DNA from: Ramazzottius varieornatus
Taxonomy: Eukaryota; Animalia; Tardigrada
Length of the DNA stretch: 64,000 nt
Direction of reading: 5' to 3'
Assembly: GCA_001949185.1 (NCBI GenBank)
Contig: BDGG01000024.1
Span: forward strand, 76,587-140,586
Made by a program: the position numbers and the translations under genes. Below are positions 1 to 13,614 of this stretch, in pieces. Numbering within the stretch: the first letter of the stretch is position 1; each line of letters begins with the position of its first letter. The notes under the pieces are model-generated. The model was not told the origin of the DNA. It saw nothing but the letters and a program-made list of their open reading frames with translations, and searched no databases.

Positions 1-530
1 GTGGGGAGCCACCGACAGGCATCTGAAGTCCATGACGATCATTTGCCCAAATACCGCCATGCGATGGGTTGACGGTAACGATACAGGCACTCTCCACCGA
101 TTTTCAATGACGCCGAGGAGCCACCGTCATCGTATCGTCACCGCCAAGGGCATCCGACCGTGAAATATGGCTTTTTGGCCAACCAAAACCCGAAGGATTG
201 TTTCAGCCATGCGCAGCTTGATCACAGACAAACCTCTCAAATGGGTTTCGTCAAATAAGAAAAGTATTTCATGATTTCCAGACAGCTCGGGAGACTTCTT
301 CGTTTTGTAAGCCTAACAAGGGATAACGCCAACCGTTCGATCCTGATACTGAACAGACTGAAAGACAGGAGAGTCTCCTTTACGGTCTGAGCTGCTAGGC
401 TAAGGCACATAATAGTCCTGAAAGGTATGTTGGGATCCTGAAGTACTGTAACTGCTCCAGACCGCTCACTGACGTAAATATCTTTCATTGATACTTTATG
501 TGCGTGGTGCGACACGTCATGCCCAAACAC

Positions 531-785
531 TGAGCCCCACAAGTATCTGTCCACCCTATATTTCGAATCACAATTCATAGCTTCCTTCACCCTCACGAAA
601 ACAAGGGTATTTTGAGGTTCTTAGGGTTGAGTACAGCCAATTGATTTGCTGATTTGGTCATAGGAAAGTCACGTTGTCGGGAAGATAAAGCTCTGGCCTT
701 TACAGAGACGTTTCTATGATCGAAATCGCGAGAGGGTGAAGGAAGTTATAATTCTATAAAGGGTGGACAGATACTTATGGGCTCA
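531..785. mobile_element. MITE-like element with imperfect ~60-bp terminal inverted repeats
   Basis: tgagccccacaagtatctgtccaccct...cttccttcaccctc at the left is mirrored by gagggtgaaggaag...agggtggacagatacttatgggctca at the right; no clear TSD. Confidence 0.45.
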
Positions 786-3059
786 ACGTACGCAAGATTG
801 AACTCCGGTCCAGACTTAAATACTCCAGCGACCCCGCTAGGGTTCATCACCTGCAAAACTGCAACCGTCAGGAATGTATTTTTGTATCGTTCGTCATTAT
901 TATATTGAGGTGCCGCTGTTCGGCATATTTATATCCCCCGGCCGGCATCATCATACGGTATTCCCGTCCGGCACCGTTGTATGCATTTCCGGCATAGTTG
1001 TTGCTTTCAGTGAACATTTTATCGCCTGGCCGTGCAAGCGTTCCAGAGACACCTCAAGGCGAGGTTATTCTTCAGAGAGGGTTCGACGACACCGAATTCA
1101 AAATCTTTAGTGATATAGTTCAATGTGTTCTCCACATGCTGGCCTGCGAAATTGACTTGACAACTTTCGTAGTTTTTCGAGATATAGAATTATGAAGTTG
1201 GTTAGGTCAACGCGGAAGCCGCCTCTCTGTCATCTTTCGGACAGGGTGACCGGGGAAGGAAGGAAAGCATGTGGGTGCTGACTTGTGAGTCGGCGCGCTC
1301 TCTCGCTCGACTCGATACAGCCCAGTCTGGCCATACCAAAAAGAGATCTAGATGAGCCGACTTGTCGGCAAGAGAGGAACGAAGATCCCAATTACACGCC
1401 AACTCGTTAATTACCTAATGATGCACTGCGAAACAGCAATGCAAAGTTCGCTTTGAGAACTGCTGGAAAGGGTGTATGAACAATATTGAAACAGGTAGAT
1501 TGAAACGAGCACGAGAAAACATTTAAACTGCTTTAGTCGCGGCTGAGAACGGCTACAACGGCTTATTTTAGCCTCGCCGAGCCTACTATAGACGGCAAGG
1601 GCCAAAAAAGTCAAAATGAGAAACAAAAAAATAGCTTCCATGGAATTTCATTAAAATGCAGGTTGCGTTTGTGATGCCAAGAGAGCAGCTGACTGTTCAA
1701 CGCAGGGAGCACGCTCAAAAGAAAGGCGACCCAGGTGTTCAGATGGAGCAGTCGAGACTGACCCAATGACCAGGGCTGAACCGATACAGCGTAAAGATCT
1801 CCCGCAGGCACAGGGCGGAAGTTAACCCGTCAAGCCTCTCTGTCCGTCTTGTGAAGAAAACAAATCTTGAAGCGTCACGGTGAACATTCGACCCGACTAC
1901 AGTCGAAATTTGGTTGGAAATAGTAAAATGAAGAAAATTCATCTGAAATTCATTTCCGAATCAAACCAGTTGTGTTCACAAAGTGTCAGTTTTGGAAACC
2001 GAGACTGACTACGGTATCGGAAAGTATCCTTCCAAAGTCATTTTGTCCTGTCATTTCTAAAAGTGCTCGATCTATGTTGCAGGTCGCCACTTGGAAAAAC
2101 TATTACTTCTAGGGGAAGGTTGTTATCTATAACTTTTGTGCTGGGTGGCTCCTGCCTAAACGCAAGAGTCGAGATAGAGCAACGAAAAACCAAAATCGTA
2201 TTCGTGGGTCCACAGCAGCGCAGTATGGCGTCTGCCTGCGCTAAGCGCAGCAGTACACGGCAGTGTTTCCATTACTTCATCATATGGAGTACGGCTTCCA
2301 CGGAAAACATTCCCTAGTCTCCCGTATCCAATTGTTTGGCGAGAGGGCCAGAATACACGATAACCTCCCTTTAAGCTTACTAACATTGGCCTTGTTCATT
2401 ATTGAAACGGTGAAGGACGGTTTTACGTGTTCGTCTTTCCGAAAACTTCAAGAAAACCTCAGTTGATCGCCGTAGTAGAACATGGTGGACACAGCTAGGT
2501 GGATACAATCTCCGTATCATATCAGGAATACAGGTTCTGTGGTGTACAACTTAATTTTGGAAGATACCAGTAACACCTTTACAAGTTAGATCTTTCAAAG
2601 AATCGACTGGCATTCTACAGCCGTAGATAACCTCGTCTTGAATGGCGAGACATTTGTTTTGTTGCAGCGACGGTCCTTGTCGTGACCTTCGAGAACGGCT
2701 TCAACTGGAAAACTTCCAGTGTCGACATCAGATGGTTTCTCAGCCTGCGAAAACCCAAAAAAGCAGATAGCAAAGACGTGCATTATGCAAACAAGCTCAT
2801 AGATTTTTCTGGTCATTGCTTGCTGAGTACCACACAGGCAACATTAAAAATTTCGTTGCCAAACCAGCGGGTCGCAGACACTAGCACCGACCGATGCGAG
2901 GCAGGAAGGGATGTGGGTATTGGTGGACCCATTCCCATACGAACTGTTTTGTTTCCAGTTGACACTTTTCTGACTTGAAGTTAGACATGGTCGGTATATC
3001 CCATTTTTCGGGTGATTCGGTTGACTTTGCCAGCACGGTCGAGCGCACACACCACGGCG

Positions 3060-3390
3060 ATCACAGGGCAGATCTGTTCACGAACCTGAAACTTTCGCAA
3101 AATGCAAAAATGTTTGGTCCCAAGCCACAATTTTTTTTGGAGACTCTGAATCAACCGACAGCCTTACTGGAAAAACAATTGGCTGGCTACGACGAAATTT
3201 CATCGAAAACGGAAAAAAATCCAGAAAGTTTTGTATAGCTACTGACCAGTGGCCGTTATTTGCAGTTTCAAGAGAAGTTGATTCTTGAGGCAAGCGGGAA
3301 AAACCGAGCAGCAAAAGTTTAACTGGAACCTCGCTACATACAAATTAAAGTGCGCCAGGAAAGTGAGTTTCCCGCCCACTGCTCAAGGTG
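3060..3390 (+). repeat. Partial copy (right end) of the piggyBac-like non-autonomous element at 52621-53143
   Basis: Collinear similarity with ~52820-53143, ending in the same ggaaagtgagtttcccgccc...tcaaggtg|tta terminus. Confidence 0.6.
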
Positions 3391-5545
3391 TTAGCTGGTA
3401 CAAAGGTCTCCAAACAGAAAAGGTGGAATACGCGAAATGAGATGGAGAGAAATAAATGACGGTGATGAAATACGCTGCTCTGCGATTGTGGAACGTCGTC
3501 TTCGTTTTTCTGTAGGAATTTGCAGTTTGCAGCGTCTTCTGCCCTTACGCTGCCCTGCTTGCAGGTCGTGGCCGTGTGTCGTCTCGTCGTCTAACTTCTG
3601 CGCCGAAAACCTTTTTGATCGCGGTTTTCGGCGTAGGACGAGGAGATGATGTGATGCACACCAGCCTTTAATGCAGGCTTGCAAACCTGCAACGTTGTAC
3701 CTCGACTTTGACGAGTCGGTTCCGTCGGTAATGTCCAACTCGACGGTGAGCGGTGCAGAGATAAAGCATCTCGCGCCACTGACCAGATGCGGTACCGTCA
3801 CGGACCCGTAGCACTCAATCAAAATAGAGTCGGAGCTTCGGTTAGTTATCCGAAATCACAGTGGTACGCGGAGCAAGAGGTTGTGTCGCGAAAGCTGACA
3901 CGAAGAGCACCTTGGCAATGCGACAGTTTTGAAATGTTTGTATGCGAAGTATTTCGATAGTGCGGCTAGCATGCGGAGCCATCACCAAACAATATTTCCC
4001 GATTCGCAAGGCTTGATTTGTGGGTCAAAGTTCTACCAAGTTTTAGGTGCGTCTTGCGTAATTCTGGAAAATGAATTGAAGGGCTCGTTTGTCCGATTTC
4101 CCGGTAAGAATCGCATGTGCTCCGCCATTTATCAGAGGAACTGGTACACATAAAGATTGGAATACCTGAATGCCCTCTGATGAAACAATATTGACGGATA
4201 TACAGTACCTCTAGTTTACAGGTGAGATGAGCACCGGATGTCACTCGCTGTTGGGGTTTCTGTTGAATTAATTTACTGTAAGTAGTGTGCAGGGACGAGT
4301 ACCTCGTCCAGCCCTCACTCATCGTGCTCTGAGTCTGGTCCATTTATCCATTTTAGTTTTGCTTTGAACTTTAGTACGACCCTTGTTCTTGACAGACAGT
4401 CGAATTTCTTGAAGAGAAGAATCGAGGAAAGGTTGACAGTTTTGCACTCCATGGCAGTACTGATGGAATTCTGCGGTACGAATTTTTCAGTCCTCATTCT
4501 AATAAAGTTTTGAACTTGTGACGCTATAGCTCGCTGCTTGCAACAGCTTTTTGAAACGCTAAATTTGTTTACTGATAGTCGGCAAACAGCCGCAAAATAT
4601 GGCAATTTGGCTTCCTTTGGGCTTAATGCGGTCTCAGGCATAATGGCTGTTTCATTCACCGTCCTCTTTACGATGCATCCTTCTCCCCTTTGCTTTGTGT
4701 AAGGAATCGCCTTTCAGCAATTGTGAGTGATCATCGCAGCAATGTTAGCTTCACACTGTGATACTCTGTTGCTGTTCTTCGTGGGCATTAGCCAAAGAAC
4801 AAAGCCGGGCTGATATCGTGGGGAGTTCTGGAAGCCAATGTGCTGCTTTACGGGTTAGATAATCCTCTGAGTTAAAAACAGCGCATTTCGCTGAACAAAT
4901 CCCTGGAACTTTCAGCTTCACCCGGTGAAAATGAGACAAATCTCACGAAAGAAGGATGAGAAGCTTATGTAGGGCGTCGTACTCACTGATACTACGGCTT
5001 TCAGACATCTTGCCTTGTTCACGGTCAAGGCTGAATCCGCAGCCGAAGCTTCTAAAAACGATGAATTACGAAGTATTCAGACATTGGAAACCAGCTCAGA
5101 GTCTGCGCTATTACCTAGTTCTTCCGCGACGAAGCAGCTCTAGTTGTTGATAGAGGGACTCAAAAACCTAAGAGAGAGTCTACAAATTTCCGATCCATGC
5201 AAAAACATATGAGAAAAAGTTAGACAGAACAGATGAGTATAACCTGTTCTGTCGTTCAACCCACGTTAGGAAACGTTTTCGGTTTCGGTTTAGGGCCTGC
5301 TAGACATTCGCCAAACAGCATGCTGAGCTAAAGGTGAAAATCACACCAGATACATTTTACCGTGCTTTGACTGGGGTAATCAAGTGAACAAATGGGTTTC
5401 GGCGGCCCATTTTTGGTCACAACTTTTTTAGCTCCGAACCACCCTTTTTAGACATGAAATTGTAAGTGGTATCAAGGGGCATTGAGTGCTAGCTGCGCCA
5501 CGCTTCGCCACGGATAGAAGTGTCACATAACTGTTCGCCCTTTTG

Positions 5546-6055
5546 TAGGGTTGTTAAAACCCAATCCACCAACGGATGGATCCGGATCAATCCGGATAGA
5601 ATTCGGATTGGATGGGCTTCCCACCCATCCAGCCGCAAACCGGATAGGGATACCAACCAACCGGACTGGATCCGGATGGACCTTCGATCCATCCAGCTTT
5701 CTATCCGGATGGAACGACAGCTTGGGCAGGATACTTCCAGCCCATGTCGCAACTCAAAACCAGTTAAAGTCAGAACCAGCACATGCCCCGTTGGCTCGTT
5801 TCGGCTGAAACCTCGAGATTCGATTCAATCTGAGCGGGCTTTTCGGGCCCTTAGTAACCAATTGTCCTTTTTGGCGAAACTTTTTGTCATCATTCAGGCA
5901 AACTCCTGATCCGGATACATTCTGGATGATCCGGATAGGTTGTCCATCCATCCAAGCATCTATCCGGATGGAAGCCTGATCCAACCGGCTTCGATCCGGA
6001 TAGGAACCCCATCCATCCGCTGATCCATCCGTTTAACCATCCGTTAACAACCCTA
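5546..6055. mobile_element. hAT-type MITE with internal ATCCGGAT micro-repeats
   Basis: TIR tagggttgttaa/ttaacaacccta; perfect 8-bp TSD cccttttg (5538-5545, 6056-6063); many tggatccggat repeats inside. Confidence 0.85.
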
Positions 6056-6993
6056 CCCTTTTGAGAGGATTTCTCTGGAAATTCCAGGGGCATTTGCTTC
6101 CGATTTCGCCCGGTTGGGTGTGTTGTGGTTGTCTGGACGTACATGTAAAGCGAAAAATTCTGGTTCGGACTGTGATAATGGGGACGTCACAGCTGTCGAA
6201 CTGAATTTTTGCCAGGGTTTCTAAAAAAAGGTGCATTATTTTTAGAACCGTTTTAAGAGTGTGGTAAGATGAATTACGGTTGTGGTCCGATGAACAAAGA
6301 AAATAATACGAAAGTAAGTTGCTCATCGCGGCTAAAGGATTAGCTCCTGCCACTGTGACAGACGTTGGACCATTCGCCAAGTCGGTCTTCGGGGTCTGTG
6401 TCACAATCACATTTTTCTACGTTTTTGTCATGCTCTTTCTCACGTTATCTTTGCTCGAGAACACAGTGACTAGATTTCGCGCAGCACGGGCAATCTTATT
6501 TAGCATTTTGATTTCTAGATCTTCCGGCAGTACTACGTGGACAAACACATGGCCGATGACCAGCTGGCAGAGCGCTTCATCGACCTTACCATGCAGCTCT
6601 ACGATAACATGATGGAAAAGTGCAAGAAGAACATGGATCCTCTGCAAGACAATATCGAGCTTCTCGAGGGGAAATCAGGACATTGCATACCATTGTCTAC
6701 GAGATGGTGGTGGGCTTCGTCATAGCTTTCGCTGTCTTTCTTACTGTTGTAGTTAGTCTGTGTAAGAAAGCTGATCGTGAGAAACACCTGCGAGCACAGT
6801 TCGCGGCTCTCGCTGAAATGCCAAGAAAGCCCAAAAAGCCAAAGTTCGACGATGAACAGGTGTGATCTTTTTGGCAAAAAATTTTCTTCCGTCTATAGTG
6901 TGATTTCTGCCTTCTGTTTACGTTATTCCACTTCTCAAGTGAGGGCGGAATATTTACTCGCGAACGGTCAATAAAATTTAGCCTGACAAGGTA

Positions 6994-9044
6994 CTGTAAC
7001 CCTTCTAACATCTTTAGTACGTCACTGGTCTTTTGCTTAAGAGAAGCATTACGAAGGCAACCGCTTGGTCAGATTACAGTTACGTCAGAGCAACCTCAGC
7101 AACAGATAAAAAACGTTGGAAACATGGAAGTATAAGCCGAGTAGAGAGAAATGACGGGAAGTAAAAAAGTGTTCAGCTTACATCATCGTCGAAGCCAACC
7201 ACATTTTCTGCAAATTGAGAAATCTGTATCAGCTCAGTTTCCGACGGTTCTTCAACTGGCACATCCATCCACAGCTCATCTACAATCTTGCACTTATGAA
7301 AGCAGTTAACAATAGTCGACGGCTTCACGAGTTTCCACGCTTCTACCAGCCAATCCACTGCATCGAAAATCGTCAGGCCTTTCACAAAACTTTCAACGTT
7401 GCTTACATGCTGCATATTTGTGAACACTCGTTTATAAAGAAACTTTTTGTACTCGTCTTTCAGACATTTTATAATGCCCGCATCGCATGGCTGCGCTATT
7501 GCGGTACAGTTAGGCGGCAAAAACCGTAGCTCTATGTTGGGACGAGAAGCGACGTTGTGTCCAGAAAAATTGTCCACTAGGAGCAGAATGTGACGTTCTT
7601 CCTTGACCATTAAAGCGTTAAGCCAGTCCAAGTATTCTTCAAAGATGACCGTAGTCATCCAGGCAGTCTTGTTGTACGAATAGTTGAAACCGTAGTCGTC
7701 GGAGTTGATGTTGAATACTGCATTCCGTTCGAAAGATCGAGGCTGAGCAGATGTATCTATAACCGACAAGAATTTGAATTTGTCTTCTGCTCTTTGTAAT
7801 TTCAAACCTCAAATTTTTCTAGTTCCAAACTTACTGATGATCCATAGAGGAAGCTTGCGCCCTCCGCCGGAAACAGATATATGAACCGTAATTCGATCCT
7901 TCGCTATCTTGATTCCTTTGTCCTGTTTATTGCCAAAAACAAGAGACTTGGTCCCGGCATTCCTCCACCATATTCCGGTCTCATCGCAGTTCCAAATATT
8001 CTCCGGATGGATAAGTTCCAAAAGGGCTGGCAAGTCAACGGTAAGCCACTGCTCTAAGGCTATCAAATCTGTACTAGATTCCTCTCCTGTGAAAATCAAA
8101 GTGTTCCTCGGTTATTCCCCAGCCTTCGCACAGTTCTCTCACATGAAATATAACTAGAGTAAGTTAAAAGTTACCATGAAGCTGTTTGAGNNNNNNNNNN
8201 NNNNNNNNNNNNNNNNNNNNNNNNNNNNNNNNNNNNNNNNAGTTACCATGAAGCTGTTTGAGGTTCACGTTGTGGCGACCACAGAACTTATCGTACCATC
8301 CCCAGCTGCATCGAAAGTCGGCAATTGCTAAAGTCGACGCAACAAACGTAGCGACGTTCATGAGGAAAACTGGGCGAACTGGGATTCGTTTCTCGCGAGC
8401 CATTTTTAAGAATTTCAGACACTGTTCGTCAATCTGCGGAAACTGCAAGTTGACTTTTGTCGTTTTCCGGTTCGGGTTTGCGCCATTCGCCAGCGCGAAT
8501 CTGATCTCTTCTTTCTTCTGACAAATCCCTATCACACCGTATACCGATAGACCACACTCGTCAGCAATCTGCTGGAACGATGCCTAAAAACCAGCAAGAA
8601 CCACTCAATTCGGGAACAGTATCCAGTGCGTAGGATACGGCATAATTTCATGTACTGTACAAAAATTACCTGTTGCACTTCTCTCTTGAAGATAATCAAG
8701 GCCTTCTGACCTAACGTCGGTTTCTCCTGCACAATCCTCTTTCTCTTCCTAATCTCGATATATGACGTCTTTCGCACCTTCCCCATCATGGATACTGTAG
8801 AAGCACTGTTGGTCGACACTGAAGTGTTGGAATGAGGAAACAAGGATCAGTGGTGAACCGGGATTCTCAAAACGCATTCGGAATTTGGAAACTGGAAATT
8901 AGCTTATTTCAGCAGTCTATTGTCAGATCTGACGTAACTGTGAGATCACTGTGGTAGGCGTGCTTGAAGCACTGCAAACTCTCTTTTTTCGCGACATGTA
9001 GATTTAACTTGAGTGACGTACTAAAGATGTTAGAAGGGTTACAG
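6994..9044 (-). mobile_element. pogo/Tigger-family DNA transposon
   Basis: Perfect 33-bp TIR ctgtaacccttctaacatctttagtacgtcact with TA duplicated on both sides; encloses a transposase. Confidence 0.93.
7173..8789 (-). CDS. pogo/Tigger transposase (HTH + CENP-B HTH + DDE_1), intron-containing; ends approximate, spans an N gap
   Basis: Motifs QIADECGLS (HTH), FPQIDEQCLKF...SWGWYDKFCGRH (CENP-B), NCDETG, LLLVDNFSGH, LPPNCTAIAQPCDAGII (about DD29D); GT-AG intron 7757-7834 restores the frame (WIINTSAQPRSF). Confidence 0.88.
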
Positions 9045-12000
9045 TAGTTCAATCTCGATTAAACATCATCTGTTTCATCATGATGACAATTCCTGATTAC
9101 CCTTGACTAAACTTGGTGATTCTCTCTGACTAGTGATCAGATGACCGTTTGGAGTTCAGTATCGTGTTCCTCGATGTCCGTTACACTAGACTGCTTCAGC
9201 AGTTCGACTTTACCCTTGGGGTCCCGAAACTTTAAAGTCGATTCTTCAACAATTTGGTCGGCGCTCGTTGTGACCAAAAATGGGCCGCCGAAACCCAAAT
9301 TTCACGTTTCTGTCTGTGGGGCATGGTGAACAGTGTTGCTAACTTTGGACTGCAGAAGGTGAAATTCCTCGAAGTTCGGGTCTCAAAATAAAGTCATTTG
9401 TCGACGCCCGTGCTTCAAAAAATCTCCACAATACTGCAAACACAGCCTTCAGCCAACTAGTATGAGATGCCCCGATACGAGTCTTGGGGAAAATTTTGTT
9501 GCAGAAATAGCCAGGTGGGAAAGAAGATCAGACCCTTAGAAGGAAAACGAAGGCCGTTCAAATACTTAGACTCCCCGATCCAGACTTGGCTTCAACCGTG
9601 AATAGTTCCTAGTATGAGCTGTCTGCAGCCACTTATGCTGACGCCCGGCCGGCTTTCGCCCAACCTACCCCTCTAGGGGTGCATTACCTGCACTTGTAAG
9701 TACAGCGCGAATATCACCAGGCGGTACGGCACGCTACGTTTCACAAAGTCTATACTGTATATGTGACGTGAGGATTGATGCAGATCATTTCAACAAGGTA
9801 ACTGAGCGTTTTACGTTCTTCTCTCTTGATGCGTTCTTCGGTTTTGTAACGTCCAGTGAGAGATCTGTCCCATAGAGATGCTGCTCGCTGGGTGTTTCGC
9901 GTCAGCTTCTGTCATTATTCTGGCAAGGGCCGTGTTAGTAGATGGATTTGCAACAGTTTTATCGTTCGGAAAGTACGGACCCGACAACGCAGTGGGTTCT
10001 CGAACTCTCACACACCGTAATCCACCCAGCGGTCTGGGTCGCAATGCTTCCTCCGTGGACCCAAACTTGTATCGCCGCAAAGCTGCAGGGCTGATTGAGA
10101 AACTGTCAAAGATACTGGAGAAGATTCGACCACGGGAAGCAACAGCGTTGCCGAAATTGATCGACGTCCGCCAAATGTATCCTGTTCCTACACTGAACAC
10201 TGTTGCTCACAACAAGGTCGCTAGCGGCTACGGTGGGGAGAATACGAAAAGTGGAGGTGTTTCCGCTCTGAAAAGCAAGCTTCTTGCCAAGCTTACTGTG
10301 TTTGCTCCTCTTTCACGGCCTCGTGTTGGTTAGAACAGTCAAGACGATGACTTAGCACTATCGTTAGACTTCACTTCTTGTTGCACGAAAAAAAACGTGA
10401 TTCGTCGCACAGACAGTCTGCTATCATATCCGGATTACGGACTTTTTCCTTACGGTGCTTTCTCACCAGACACATAGTATTGCTTGTTTTTTGATGCTTT
10501 CTTCTTTAATAACAGAAGCGGCTCCGCCGGGTTTGAAAGCAGGGTTCCTATACGTCTGCCAATAATATACCGCTACGCTAGAGCACCCACACAAAGCTTG
10601 GGCAGTTCCGGCCTAAGCATATGTTTCGTACTCCGATCTTCCAACGGAGTTCCGAATCTGTCCTTAAGCTGGAAGCATTTTACGGCGTTATGCCGAGCAC
10701 CGTGTGAGAGATGCCCTGTCGGTGCTCGGCCTTGCCGCCTTGTCGGTCGCACTGCCTCGCACTGTTCCTTACTGTCTTGTGGCTTGTTGTACAACATTAC
10801 AACTCGTCCTTGAGAAAATCCAAGCGTGACCATGTCCTGAACCCGAAGGGGTTGTTTCTAAAGGTCGACCGAAGCACGAACACTGTTCACGAGATACTGC
10901 TTACCATCATCTCTGTTTTGTTCCATGGAGGTCGAATCCCAGACAGATTTGAGTAAAAGAGAAAAACAAATATTCTCTATAAAAGGTCAGAAGCTAACAC
11001 GGGAAACAAAGTCTTCAACGTTGCTCAGAAATCCGGGTGCAATGCAGACGGGAACTTTCACCATCATACATCACTCAGAATCATTTCCACTGGTCTGGAT
11101 GGTGTCATATGCTTATTGGTCGACCAAAACGCAGACAAGTGCGTCGGCCAGGCGCAGCTTGACCACAGACAAGCCTATCTTTTATTGTACTGTTCGTCTC
11201 TGAGATGCAAAGGAGTGTCAGAATATACTATCCTGCAAACTCTGCTTCTGGAGCGACCAGAAAACACAACGGAAATCAAATAAGTATACTTGCAGAACGG
11301 ACAAGCTTACTACCGGCGATACACGCAACCGTAAACACACACGGAGGGTACGTTTGGAACAGTAAAAACTTTCAAGCAGACGGAAAAGACGGCAAACTCA
11401 GAATGCAACCGTAGAAATCTGCCAGAAAAAAATGCTTTCGTCATGAATCGAACATGTACGAAAGTCCTACCGTTCCGCTGTTTTGGCATTGCTCGATCCC
11501 TACTTTTACTGCTCCAAACTTTCCTTTCTTGTGTGTACTGATCGAACTGGTTCTGCTGGCATTCCTTGAACCACTTCTTACACCAAGCTTTATGCCAAGA
11601 GCGCTACAACCTGATGGAAGGATCAGGTTGTTCGCGTCAAAATAAATCGTCCATAGCGCGGTTTAACGTTTCCTCCACGTTGCAGTAACGATAATCCGTA
11701 AGCAAAGGTCCTTACTACTTTGTGCGGGTGGCACGCACTATTTTAGTCGACCAAACACTCTTGATTGCCATCACCTTGAACCTTGAAGTATCTCGTACGC
11801 TGAGCTCACTTATAGTACACTTGTGAATTCCAGCTGTCTTCGATTTCTAGATTAACACCGACTGTACCCATATCTGACTGACCGACGTTGCTCAAGTTCC
11901 TGATGATAAATTTACTTTTGGCCATTAGAATTATCTAGACAGGCTGCATGCAGGAAGGAGCTAGCGTACTGGAATGGTAAGTAAAGTAGAAACCGATTGC

Positions 12001-12115
12001 TGAATCGTAAGCAACGGCGCGCAAGGTGACTCACTGTCTCGAACCACCTTTTCTTGATTTCGAAATCAAGTCATGGATGCATCATCAATAACGTAAACGA
12101 AAGCAAAACTCTGGT

Positions 12116-13614
12116 TTAGCGATCGAGAAACTCCAGCGTCAGAACCGAGAAAGTTGCAATGAGCATGAACGTCTGCAAAAGAAAGTAGCAGGTGATTTAT
12201 TCAGTTTATTAAGCCTACAAGTTCGTTAGGCGGTAACTTGCTCATGTTTTTACCGTCGTCACCGACGCCCTAGTGATATGGAAGAGCTCAAAGATGTGGA
12301 AGACCAAGGGACTAGCGCTAATCCTGCGGTCCAGAGTGTTGATCAAGCTTTTCAAGTGACGATCCTGTGTTACGTGCGAAACAGTTTTTCGAGAGATAAA
12401 ATCAAACTGACCTCGTTGAGATGCGAATCTATAAACGGCTTACCGTGGGCGACTCCGGTGCTTTTATGGACTTGGATACTCTCAAGCTAACTACCTTTTG
12501 CCATAGACGTAAGTCCTGGAAAAACATATATAACCGTTCTTCCTTGACCACAGGAGTTCGCTGGATTCTCAAAGCCCACCTTCTCATGAACCAGAATCAG
12601 TACCACAGTCATTAGTAGGATTCGGACGCTGACGCCGATGGTCTGAATGAAATATAATACGGCAAATTCCATACTGACGTCCTGCTGGTTCTTAGACGAT
12701 AGAGTGCTAATGACCGACATGGCGTAGCCCAACATGACAATCACGTCCGACCCATAGGCAGCCCCGTAAATCAACATAAAAGAGTTGTTGATCTCTTCCC
12801 AGAGACTGCGCACGTCTTCGCACTGAAGGATCAGACACTCCATCAAACCACACTGCTCAGCCGAATTTGCTACGTCGCAACTAGATTTTTTGATTGAATC
12901 TAACCCACTACCAATAGTTTGCAAAAGCCTTGCCACCACCATTGCCCAAAGACTTAGCATGATAATAGGCTGATCGGAGAGGAGATGGGACAACATACAG
13001 AAAAATATTCCAAGTCCTGTTCGGCGCCATATTGTCCTCACTGGGTCGGCGACGGCGAATGGATCGTCGTCCAGTGTTTTATTCATGCGTTCTGCTGTCT
13101 TCACCGCTTGCAGGGTGTTTACCACACTCATGACTGTAAAGGGGAACTGTTCAACTGCCAGCAGTATAACAGCCAGAAGTACAGCAAGACGACTTGCCAG
13201 TCTCCATTTCACGATTTCTTCAGTTGTAAACGTTTTTATTTTCAGGAAACCAGCGTGTAAAAGACGAAGAATATGAGGAAACTTGAAGAAAAGTATAGTC
13301 AAGACAAGAGGTCCTCTCCAACTGACAGCAATACTTGGCAACAAAGAGATCAGATTACGCAGACCGATCGGAGGTTTGATTTTTCGGAGGGTTGAAACGA
13401 AAATGGTAATGTCGTAAGCCCAAAAACTCCAGCCTCCTGCAATATATAGGATACCCAGTACGAACCACAACCACGAAGCGACAAGGAGGAGAAATTTTTT
13501 GCCGGATCGATTTATATGCCGTACTCTAGGCAGGATGAAAGGAGAAAGCACCAGTAACTGCAAAGAAAAAACCCTTTTGAAAGATGGTGATTTCGAAGAG
13601 CTCATTTTTTTCAT
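12116..13614 (-). CDS. Gustatory-receptor-like 7TM chemoreceptor (GR/GRL superfamily); exons 13614-12580, 12515-12444, 12364-12254, 12172-12116
   Basis: Long hydrophobic first exon; three phase-0 GT-AG introns at the 3' end give SPLVFHIFELFHITRASVTT|TFMLIATFSVLTLEFLDR*, matching the GR TM7 TYxxxLxQF-type motif and typical GR intron layout. Confidence 0.75.

Larger units (their letters stand above)
5394..9296. mobile_element. Non-autonomous DNA transposon, Sola-like (30-bp perfect TIR, 4-bp TSD AAAT), containing nested insertions
   Basis: gggtttcggcggcccatttttggtcacaac (5394-5423) and its exact reverse complement (9267-9296); aaat flanks both ends (5390-5393, 9297-9300). The superfamily is inferred from the GRG terminus and 4-bp TSD. 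Confidence 0.7.

Noticed and set aside
237-2816. Possible spliced secreted or cadherin-like gene on the minus strand
   Set aside because: Could not assemble a consistent exon chain or recognise motifs
5489-5984. Several overlapping ORFs rich in IRI/DGW
   Set aside because: Translations of ATCCGGAT repeats inside a hAT MITE
8164-8262. Apparent duplication LKQLHGN on both sides of the N run
   Set aside because: Overlapping contig ends around a scaffold gap; an assembly artefact
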